Source: Podarcis cretensis (Eukaryota). Taken from it: 64,000 nucleotides of DNA. Both the position numbers and the translations under genes were made by a program. The DNA lies in assembly GCA_951804945.1 (NCBI GenBank), contig OX638160.1, positions 27,528,001 to 27,592,000 of the forward strand, read 5' to 3'. Below are positions 48,701 to 60,700 of the stretch, in pieces. The notes under the pieces are model-generated. The model saw only the letters and a program-made list of their open reading frames with translations. It made no database searches and was not told where the DNA came from. Each line of letters begins with the position of its first letter. Within the stretch, counting starts at the first letter, position 1.

Positions 48701-51700
48701 TTGCTTAATTAACATGACAGGACTCCCCAGCAGATTTCTTTCTCAGGACTGAGGAACAGAATAAGTGTTAGATAGTTTCTACCCACCCCTTTCCTCCGCT
48801 GCTTTTCATAGCTACTACTCTAAGGACAATGACTGTGAAACCGCAAAGACTTTGCGGTTCACCTTGTTGGTACCACTGGAAGCTAAAACTCAAAGAGTAT
48901 GGTGTAAGTAATGCTGAGGTTGCATGCTTGTCTCTAACCAGAAATCACTGCAAACAGATGCTTGTGACAACAGGGGAATGAATGGAACATTATCTGGATT
49001 TTCAAAAGCAAATTAGTGCTTTAATTGTATCTCTGTAGTCTGACTACAGTGGGGAGACTTGTGTGAATAAAGAAGAAAATGTTTAGTATTGCTTAGTGTG
49101 GATGAATGGTTGTTGAAGTTAGTGGAGAAAAAATATTGCTGGCATTTGTTAATAATTACTTTTTGTGTGGAAGAAAAAATGAATGAACCTGAGACATTTG
49201 GGTCTGAAGATTGGGGAACTATTGCCTAGCAGAAGGTAGAACAGTTGGATGTCATCCTAGAGTGAATATTTTATATTTTTTACGTATATAACTGACAGAC
49301 GGAACATCGTAAGTCCTTTTTATGGATTTTTCTTTTTTCCTTTCTCCATTTTTTCTTCTATTCTTTTTTATATCCTTCCTTTTCTCTTTTTTCCTCTTTG
49401 GCGTTCCTTGGTGTCCTCTAATCTGGGACATTATTGGAATTATATACACATGAAGGTGATGGTTGGTTGGTGAATGACCCAGAGTGAGAGGCAGGGAAGC
49501 GAAGATCTCCCAATGTGGGAGACAGGGAGAAGAAAGGGAAGCTCCCAGGGGAGAGCTGGAAGGGTCCACCCCTTTCTGTGTAGGACGCAGATCTACCTTT
49601 GAGAGACAAAAATCTGCATTTTCTTTTCTCTTTCTCTTTATTTTCTTTTCCTGTTTTTGTTCTTATTTATGTTAGTTTTTTATTGTATTATATTATGAAA
49701 AAGCCTTAATAAAACCTTATGAGAAATAAAAAAGAATTGTGTCTATGCAGGAGAAAAAGCTAGTTTAGGATCACTCTACTTAGGCAGTATTATGTAGTTA
49801 ATACTGTATTGGCCGGAATATAAGCTGCACCCGAATATAAGCTGCATATTTAAAAGTCGGAGGGGGGGGGAGAAAAAAAGACAATACCTGAATATAAGCT
49901 GCTCCCTTCCTAGCCTTGGGGGAGAGGACGGGGGATTATGTGCGGGGCGGGCACCCCTTCGCTGTGCTCCTGGTGCTGTTTGCCCCGCGCTCCTGGCTGC
50001 ATACTGGATATTTTTCGTAGGGTCACAAATATAAGCCACACTTTACTTTTTCACAGTCGGAATTTGAGAGAAAAGTGCAGCTTATATTCAGGCCGATACG
50101 GTATATTATTTTATCAAAATGGTTTTGAAACTGTTTTGTGATTGTTGTTTGACATTACCATAGAGCAGGGATAGGCAACCTGGTACCCCTTCTAGTTGTT
50201 GGTAGTACCATAACTACTGGTCATGCTTGGTGTGGTTGATGGGAGTTGTAGTACAACAACTTCCAGCCCCGGACTCCCCATGTCTCATCTATGTTGGCCC
50301 TCAGTTAGTCATTTGTTGTAATTCTGCTCTTTGGAGCATAGGTAATGTGTGCAGTAAAATACAAGACTATACTTGCCTTCTTAAACTTGTACTAACTTGT
50401 CTCAGTATTTAAAAATAAACACTGATGAACCTTGTCATACTGATTTATAGAGCATAGAATTTAATGACATGACATTTTGTTCGCTACCTGTTTCAGCACA
50501 AAGGCTTCTAATTTTTATTATAAAAATGAATTGTTCATTCTGTGAACAGAAAGAGTAAGAGTGCATCATAGTTTAATATGAAGAAATCTACACCTTCCAT
50601 TCTCAGTATGAGAGGGGGGCTGCCTTTATCCTTGGCTCCAATTATGAGCCCTGCTTACTATTTGTTTGTATTATCATTATCATTATTATTTTACTTGCCC
50701 TTTGTCACAAGATCCTAGGGTAAGTTATAAGAATAAAATATACAATTATAAAAACAAATAAATCTGTTACAAAAAAGTGAGAAAAAACACACAATTTAAA
50801 ACAATTTCATATATGCCCTTATCACATGGCTCACTCAGTAGAGCCTGAGGCTCTGGATCAGGCACTTCCAACTCCCAAGACACTGTGATCTACTCATAGT
50901 TGATCGACCTGTTGAGCATGCATAGACTAGATGATCCTCGTGGTGCCTCCCAGCTCTATAATTCTATGATACTATGATTCTGTATAAAACAATACAAACT
51001 TTTTAAAACAGTTCCATGTATGCAAACAGTTAAAATAGTTCCAGTACAGATGCAGACTGGGATCTCCACTTAAAAGGCTTGTTGAACGAGTATGGTCTTC
51101 TGGAGGCACCAAAAGGACAACAGAGACAGGCTGTCTAATATGTGACCAGGGAGGGGGGGCGGATTCCAAAGGGTAGGTGCCATGACACTTAATGAATTTT
51201 AAACAAGAGTTATGCTAAAGTAGTGGATATATATTTAAGGCTGTTTTAGGTGTACCTTAAGTTTCTCTAATGTGTGAATTATAAATTCACTCTGATTTAA
51301 TGATATTTTTTTTAGATTAGAAAAATCGTGTTAGCCATAGTTGGTCTCACCAGATTACAAAGCTTGGTTAAGGAAAAGCAAAAGGCAAGTAAAAGCTTCC
51401 AATTCCTCCTGGCCATGTAGGAGTAAAAGAGTCTTGTGACTTGACCATGACACTTGTGGTTGGTGCTTATTACACTAAACCATGGTTTATTGTGATGGAC
51501 AAACACAGCCAGTATATGTTATAAGAAATGGTTTGGAATATTAAGTTAAATGCTGTTTCCTTGAATTGGCCAACTATGTCAGCTGAACTCACATAGTTAA
51601 AAACATCAGTTCCTATAAAATACCCTCTCAATTTTAAATGATACATAAGGCCAAAATACACATTTGGTGATAAATTGAGATAGCACAGCTGACTGGAATT

Positions 51701-54700
51701 TAGTAAGCAACTCTATTCTTTTGGTGTAGTATGTCAACCAAGCTAAACAAATAAATCCCAGTAGATTTGGGGGTTTAATGTTAGAGATGGTTATATAATC
51801 AAGGACTTGCTGTGCCTGCAAATAATTATCTACCACTGTGCTAGTGCAATAGTACAGAACTCCATGTGGTATTATACAAGAATGCTATCTGGTCTGGAAC
51901 TGAAGACTTTTTCAGATAAGAATCATAGAATCATAGAGTAGGAAGAGACCACGAGTCCAACCCCCTGCCAAGCAGGAAACACCATCAGAGCACTCCTGAC
52001 ATATGGTTGTCAAGCCTCTGCTTAAAGACCTCCAAAGAAGGAGACTCCACCACACTCCTTGGCAGCAAATTCCACTGTCAAACAGCTCTTACTGTCAGGA
52101 AGTTCTTCCTAATGTTTAGGTGGAATCTTCTTTCTTGTAGTTTGGAACCATTGCTCCGTGTCTGCTTCTCTGGAGCAGCAGAAAACAACCTTTCTCCCTC
52201 CTCTATGTGACATCCTTTTATATATTTGAACATGGCTATCATATCACCCCTTAACCTTCTCTTCTCCAGGCTAAACATGCCCAGCTCCCTTAGCCGTTCC
52301 TCATAAGGCATTGTTTCCAGGCCTTTGACCATTTTGGTTGCCCTCCTCTGGACACGTTCCAGTTTGTCAGTGTCCTTCTTGAACTGTGGTGCCCAGAACT
52401 GGACACAGTACTCCAGGTGAGGTCTGACCAGAGCAGAATACAGTGGCACTATTACTTCCCTTGATCTAGATGCTATACTCCTATTGATGCAGCCCAGAAT
52501 TGCATTGGCTTTTTTAGCTGCCGCGTCACACTGTTGGCTCATGTCAAGTTTGTGGTCAACCAAGACTCCTAGATCCTTTTCACATGTACTGCTCTCAAGC
52601 CAGGTGTCACCCATCTTGTATTTGTGCCTCTCATTTTTTTTGCCCAAGTGCAATACTTTACATTTCTCCCTGTTAAAATTCATCTTGTTTGTTTTGGCCC
52701 AGTTCTCTAATCTGTCAAGGTCGTTTTGAAGTGTGATCCTGTCCTCTGGGGTGTTAGCTACCCCTCCCAATTTGGTGTCATCTGCAAATTTGATCAGGAT
52801 GCCCTTGAGTCCATCATCCAAGTCGTTGATAAAGATGTTGAATAAGACCAGGCCCAAGACAGAACCCTGTGGCACCCCACTAGTCACTCTTCTCCAGGAT
52901 GAAGAGGAACTATTGATGAGCACCCTTTGGGTTCGGTCAGTCAGCCAGTTACAAATCCACTGAGTGGTAGCATAGTCAAGACTGCATTTTACCAGCTTCT
53001 TTACAAGAATATCATGGGGCACCTTGTCAAATGCCTTGCTGAAATCAAGGTAGGCTACATCCACTGCGTTCCCTTCATCTACCAGGGTTGTAATTCTGTC
53101 AAAAAACGAGATCAGGTTAGTCTGACATGACTTATTTTTCAGAAATCCATGCTGACTATTGGTGATCACAGTATTCCTTTCTAGGTGCTCACAGACTGTT
53201 TGCTTAATGATCTGCTCCAGAATCTTCCCTGGTATTAATGTCAGACTGACTAGGCGGTAATTATTTGGGTCCTCTCTTTCCCCCTTTTTGAAAATAGGGA
53301 CAACATTTGCCCTCCTCCAGTCTGCCGGGACTTCGCCTGTTCTCCAGGAATTCTCAAAGATGACTGCCAGTGGTTCTGAGATCACATCTGCCAGTTCTTT
53401 TAATACTCTTGGATGCAGTTCATCTGGCCCTGGAGACTTGAATACATCTAAACTAGCCAAGTATTCTTGTACTATCTCCTTAGTTATTCTGGGCTGTGTT
53501 TCCTCTGCTGAATCATTTGCTCCAAATTCTTCAGGTCTGGCATTGTTTTCTTTATCGGAGAAGACTGAGACAAAGAATGCATTGAGGAGTTCAGCCCTTT
53601 CTGTGTCCCCTGTTTGCATTTCACCATCTTCTCCTCTGAGTGACCCCACTGTTTCTTTGTTCTTCCTTTTGCTACAAACATACCCATAAAAGCCTTTTTT
53701 TGTTGCTTTTAACCTCTCTAGTAAGCCTGAGTTCATTCTGTGCTTTAGCTTTTCTGACTTTGTGTCTACATGTGCTGGCTGTTTGAATTCCTCTTTGGTG
53801 GTTTCCCCCCTTTTCCATTTTTTGTACACATCCTTTTTTAATCTTAACTCAGTTAAAATTTCTTTAGATAGCCACCCTGGCTTCTTTAGGCACCTTCCAT
53901 GTTTCCGTCTCATTGGTATTGCCTGAAGTTGTGCTTTTACTATCTCCCTCTTAACAAACTCCCAGCCATCATGAACTCCCTTTCCTTTTAGTATTACTGT
54001 CCATGGGATCTCACCCAGCACTTCCCTAAGTTTTATGAAGTCGGCTTTCTTAAAGTCAAGAAATTGAGTCCTAGTATGCTTGGCTGCTCCTTTCCGCTGT
54101 ATACTGGTTAGGACCAGATCTAAAATGGCTGTTCCTCTTGTTGCTTCTCCCACTTTCTGGACAATGAAGTTGTCTGCAAGGCCAGTGAGGAATCTGTTTG
54201 ACCTTATGCTCTTGGCTGAGTTTGACATCCAACAAATATCCGGGTAATTGAAGTCCCCCATTAGTACTATCTCCCTTCCTTTTGCATGCTTGGCCATCTG
54301 TTCCAGGAAGCCATCATCTATGTCCTCCGTTTGGCTTGGGGATCTATAGTAAACTCCCACAATGAGGTCCCTGTTATTCTTCTCTCCCATAATTTTGACC
54401 CAAATGCTCTCACTTTGGCTTTGAGGTTCTAAATCTTGGATCTCTTCACAGGTATACACATCCCTGACATATAACGCCACTCCTCCTCCTTTCTTGTCTG
54501 GTCTGTTTCTCTGAAATAGATTGTATCCCTCCATTATTACATTCCAGTCGTGGGACTTATCCCACCAGGTTTCAGTGATGCCTATTATGTCATATTTAGT
54601 GCTGTACCAAGAGCTCAAAATTCCAAGATAAGACAAAATTCCAATGCAGAAAGTGCCTCCATGTAAAACTAGGACACCCCAAAAGTTGAGCTTTTTTTAG

Positions 54701-57700
54701 GAAGACCCCAAATTGGGTAAAATACCAGTAAAACATAGCATATAAATCATATGCAGGTTACCATGATTTGTGTTGGTGCACCTACACAAACATTTGCTAT
54801 GTAACCATATTGTATTTATTCTTAACTATTGATATTTATTGCAGATCAATGCAAAATTCTTTGTTCAGGAGCAATCTAAGACTTTCTGAAGGAGCTTACA
54901 CCAGTGTTGCTGCCTGTTACGTATTCAGTAGTCTGTGTTTGCTTGAGCTTGAGTCTGGATTAAGGATTCTGAGCCTCTGTGTTCTGATTTGATATCCAAT
55001 CACAGAACAATTTAGGATTTGGGCCTCTGCCATTGGCCCTTAATCTCTGAGTTATGATTCACAGCTTGGAAGTTTAGATAGTCAATCATGTTGGGAGTGG
55101 GAGTGGCCCAGGCCTTCAGAAATGTATATAAGCAGTTGCTTTGCCCCTGTTGTCGAGTTCTGTTAGTGCAATAAGGATTGGAATAATTTTGGAATACGTC
55201 CAAGCCAAGTTAATGTGCCATGACTCTGCTTCCTAGAGGCACGGATGAATAAGAGGAAATGAGTAGCGCTGTTAAGATGGCAGCAGCATAAAAGTTACTG
55301 CACAGGAAGAGAGAAATCTCTAGCTTTTACAAAAATTGTGTGATTAATTAAACCTGCATCAAAATACAAAGAAACGCCCTCTCATATAAAACAGTTGTTA
55401 GGAATTGCGGATTTAAAATATAAGTCTTTAATCTTAAAAATTCATCTTAAGATGCAATCATATATTTAGCATAATCTGTCACTTCATGCTTTGTTTTGGT
55501 TTTATGTAACTCATTGAGATGCTTCTTTGAGAGGGTGTGTGAATGAAGGCCTTCTTTTGGACTCTTCAAGGAAGGCTTGCTTTTGGGTGTGGTCAGCAAC
55601 TATAGATGGCTAAAGAAACAGCTGTCTTCGTCACTAGTGTAGGGTGAAGCTGTATGTGTAAGCCAGAGTAAAGTATATATTGCAAAACTATTCTGAATTC
55701 ATGACAGGTAAATGGAAGTTTAGATAGCATAAGGACAGGATAGACGGAATGGCAAGGGAAAGGTTGGGATTTGGCTATGTCTGAGCACCAAACACAACAC
55801 AGAAAGGATCATTTTTGATAGGTTATATATGGGGACTATACCTTATGTAAATAGAAGTGACATTAATGTAAGACGTCCAGCAACTCATTCTTATTTATAG
55901 AGAGCTTATGTCATGGACTGCTGAAGCCTTCACGATGCATTCAATGATTCAGTTATTTTACAGTGTCCCTGTTCAGCTTTTCCTTTGTAAATGATAAAAG
56001 CTTGTAACACTCCACAGGTTTCGTTGGAATCAGTGTTATTCTCCCACAAATTAGCTAAATATTATGTATAAAAAAGAATAGAGTAGTTGGCCATCCAACA
56101 TGCATTATTCGGGTTTAATGTTTGTTAGTGCAGTGGATTAGACTGTGCATTATGAACAGTTAGGAATGGAAGGTAGCTTCTGGTGTTGAACCACCTAAAA
56201 TGGCATCCTTGACTCACAGCTCCTGTGAAATAGCAACCAGAATCAAACTGCAAAGGTGTGGAGGAGTGGGAAGTTGTTTTGGGTCTGTTGTCATACTGAC
56301 ACTTTCCCTGTTCACACCAAGGCATTCGCTCCCCTGTTGCTATTCAGCCTCCACTTGCATAGGCTTGCCAGAAACTGAGGCAAAGTCTACATCTCAGCCC
56401 CATAAGTATAGCCTGAGGTGAACCAAGGGAAATAATTCTCCCCTCTGTGTTGGCACCACTGTGTGGTACCAGATGGAGGAACAAGCATGATTGTATGAGC
56501 TCTTGGCCAGAGTTGAGCATCCCACCATTGGCTCAGCTTCCATTAGGACAGGGCATAAATGGGTCCCATCTAATCACAGAAGCTGCTCGTACCAATTGTC
56601 ACAATCTTAGAGCTGTTTGGTTAATAAATAGCTAGAGCCAACACAAGGCTTTAGAAATGTACCGTAACTTCAAAATATTTGTACAGTGGTGCCTCGCAAG
56701 ACGAAATTAATCCGTTCCGCGAGTCTCTTCGTCTAGCGGTTTTTTCGTCTTGCGAAGCAAGCCCATTGACGGCTTAGCGGATTAGCGCTATTAGCGGCTT
56801 AGCGGCTTTTAGCGGCTTAGCGGATCAGCTGATAAGCAGCTTAGCGGCTTAGAAAAAGGGGGGGAGGGGAAAAAACCCACAGGAACTCGCAAGACATTTT
56901 CGTCTTGCGAAGCAAGCCCACAGGGAAATTCGTTTTGCGAAGCGCCTCCAAAACGGAAAACCCTTTCGTCTGGTGGGTTTTCCGTCTTGTGAGGCGTTCG
57001 TCTTGCGGGGAACCACTGTAATCACTGTAAAAAGGCGGACATTCAGCCCTTGTATATCAAAGGGGAACGGGTGGAGAGGGTGGCGGAATTCAGGTTTTTG
57101 GGAGTGACTATCGATCAGGGCATGACTTGGAGCGCAAATACCACTGCTCTGGTGAAGAAGGCCCAGCAGAGAATTTATTTCCTCAGACTTTTAAAGAAGA
57201 ACAATCTGAGTGAGAGACTGCTGGTGTCCTTCTACCGAGGCTCCATAGAGAGCATTCTCACATACTGTATTTGTGCCTGGTTCTCCAGTTGTACAGCTAG
57301 GAAGAGGAAGGTGCTCCAGAAGGTCATAACCACAGCCCAAAGGATTATTGGTCATCCTCTCCCATCCTTGGAAGAACTGTACGGTTCCCGTTGTCTTAGG
57401 AAAGCAAACAACATCCTGCAGGATGCATCTCACCCGGGATACAGTCTGTTTGCACTACTGCCTTCTGGCAGGAGATATAGAAACATCAAGTCAAGGACAA
57501 ATAGACTGAAAAATAGTTTCTATCCAAGAGCTGTGGCCTTTTTAAATGCTGTAACTCGATAGTGTGACCTGGGAGTTTGATGGGTGTGGGTGTGGGTGTG
57601 GCTGGAATGTGGTTTGTTTGGTTGTTGTTGTTGTTTTGCTTTTGTTGTTTTTAAGGGATGGCATCCAATTTCGTTGCACTTGTGCAATGTTGCACTTGTG

Positions 57701-60700
57701 TAATGACAATAAAGAATCTATCTATCTATCTATCTAATCCTTTCACAGCCACTCTGCCACTGGAATACATAAGGGAGATTTACTTCATAATTGTACGTAT
57801 AAACACTTGAAAAAACACGAGCTGCTTAAAACAAAGGCTAAGTCAGCACAAAACCTGCTGATTTGATGCATGAAAACCTCATAGACCTTAAGAAGTTCAA
57901 ATGTTCTTGCACATCTGTGTAATTCTATGAAAATAGCATCCTGTATTCTAAAGTAGCTTACTGAAGCACAATACATCCAGCCATACAAGCTCAGCAAAAA
58001 TTTCCTGTCAGGACTTAGATTATAGGGTATGGTAGATTAATGTGAACTACATGCATTTTCCCTGCAAGGATAAGTTTAAAGGTTTTTTTTAGTTAGCAAC
58101 AGTTTTAAAATCTCATGTTACTTAAGGGGGGTTAGAAAAGCAAGCAAACCTACAATCTCTGCAACCTAAATGACAAGGGTGCATTTCTGTTTCCATGAAA
58201 AGCATGATATAGCTGGAAGACAAGAGTTAAACTGGCAACGGAGTCAGCTTTGCTGAACTGCATGGCACTGCTAGACTCTTAACCCACAACCATTCCTCAG
58301 GTCTACAGCTACTTGAGGCATGCTGTGATGCACCTTCTGAAGTTAATGCCCTACCCAGAAGGACTAATAGTGAGGACGCATGGCCAAAGCTGCAAGCTTG
58401 GGTGCCCTATTTCCTGGGTCAAAGGGGGCATTGTGCAATGGCATGCAGTGTAATGAAGTTGTGGATTGGGCCAGAGTAATATATACCCATTGGACTTTGC
58501 ACATAGCTTAGAATACGCAGTAACTAATATATCTTTGTAATTGACTGTATCTTTTCTGTAGCTCTGCTTACTGTACTCCAGGTTCTTATTTGTCAGAAGC
58601 TAAGCAGGGTCTCTTACCTGGTCAGTACTTAAAGATGGGTGAACTTCAAAGAGCATCCGTTGCGTCCGTAAGTGGTGTCGGTGGCTCAGTACGGGGTTAT
58701 GCTTCACCTCGACTCAGCCTTAACCAATGTATTAACATTGACCAAACAGTATCCTGGATGTGCATCTCAAAGGTCCTTTCTACTCTGAGGATATTAAAGC
58801 TCCTGCAGTAAATACGCTTTGACACCAGGAGGCTCTTCACCTCCTGATGGAATAGTAACACTTTGCATATTGTAAAAAGGGTGAGCGGTTACGTTTGTAG
58901 AAAGTTTTTGCTTTTGTTTTTGTTTTTAAGAAGGGTTTGGAAAGTTTTTAAACTCTTCCTTTCTCCAAATCCATCCTAAATGTTGCGCAATGAGTTGGCC
59001 GAAAACATTTGCCAGCAAATCCCTAAGGGAACTGCACGCTGATGGCTCTGAGTTTGAATCCTGCAGGGCATGTAAAGTGCTTTGACATCCTGTGCAGATG
59101 AAAGGTGCCATGTGAATGTAAACTTGACACTCATCCAGCTATTCATTCCATTCATATAAAAACTATGTTATTTTATTTTTGTTCATGGAGTGTTGCAGTT
59201 TTACGGAATTTTTCGTTGGCCTTACGAAAACTATAAAAGGAGATATGTAACAGTAATTCATATTAAGGAAAATATTTCATGGATGTTATAAAAAGTGGTA
59301 CACCAAGGCTCTGAAAGCCCAAGCAAGATGTGTTGGTGGTGCCTACTGCAATTCATACTGACTAGTTCACCAAAGAGGAAAGGGCACTATAAAGTTATTC
59401 CTATATAGACCTCTTGCCATGGTCCTGATTCAGACAGAGCTGAGAAAACTGCAGTCCTTAAAGGCCTGAGAAGAGTGTGCCTGTGCGTTCCCTTCTTGTC
59501 TCTTCCTACCCAGCTGCCTCCAGTTCTTCTTTTAATGGCAGGTTCACATTGCAACCTAATGGAGAAATTGTGCTTTAGTCCTTGACTATTATTGATGACA
59601 TGAAATCATAGTTTATTAATTTAAGATGACTCTTACATCTGAACCAGGACTTCCTTTTTGCTGCTTTGGACATGAAAGCTCTTGCAAAACTGCTGCTGCT
59701 GCTGGCTTCATTACTGACAGTGGATTTTAATTTTAAACTGGAAAATACTGATCAAAACTGAGATCTGAGAAAAAGGCAACATTGGGTAAACACAGAGGCA
59801 GGGTGCTCTTTTGTTTTGTTTTAATTTACACTAGTGGTGGAGACAGTATACTTCATTTGCTGGGAAATCTAAGGGAGTAGACTTCTCAGGAGGAGACTTA
59901 AGGAGAGATAAAGTTGGCCCCAAGCAGGCCAGTTGAGATCAGGAATAATTTTTCCCCAACCCATATATCCGTCCATAGAATTGCAGCCCACTTGGTATAT
60001 CTTTTTAAACAAACAAACACAAAAACAAACCCTGATGTCGACATGAATAGTTCCCTGATTTAATTGCCCAATAGTAATTTATTAAGGACATAATCTGAAT
60101 GTTATGGCTCAAAGTGGTACTGAAGTGCAGTCTGCTTACATTCTATATGCTTGCAATGTGCAGCTGCTTATTCCAAACTGGGACACACTAACAGAAGCCA
60201 ATAAGATCAGTTTCCAGTTATGCACCCACTATAAGAGGAATAGACTATAGCATGCTACAAAAATATTTTTCTTCTGTTAGTATCTCCTTTTCTATTGCCT
60301 GTTTCTGCTTGCTAACATTCTCTCTACCTTATTTGTGTAACTTTTAGTGCAAAATGTATTTTTTGTTGTTGCTGTGATGTCCTGCTTTTACAGTGTAAGT
60401 ATGGCCATATATTATTATATATGTTTATTTGTACTATTTATTTGATCATAATTCATTCTGTATATATATATATATGAACCTGTTTTACCATTTTTAATAC
60501 CAAAAAGCTTTACAGGACACCATTATTCATATTATTATTATCATTATTATTATTTTTGTGTAGAAAAGGCATCGTCTTCGTATCATGGCAGCGATGTAGA
60601 AGGTGATGGGCCTAGCATGTGGTCAGAAGTCACAGATGAAGGCCTTGAACTCTCACAGTACCTCACGGAGCATGGCTTTGCTGGAGTGGAAGTAGACCCC

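Noticed and set aside
56765-56852. (TTAGCGGC)n array as telomere-like or CRISPR-like repeat
   Set aside because: Short degenerate minisatellite inside a TIR element; not TTAGGG and no unique spacers.
58596-58645. 5S rRNA gene
   Set aside because: Only the internal control region matches, with indels, and it continues into a SINE-like body.
60348-60394. Possible cassette exon upstream of exon 22 (tttag...CAGT|gtaagt)
   Set aside because: 47 nt, frame-shifting and T-rich; nothing beyond the splice-like dinucleotides supports it.
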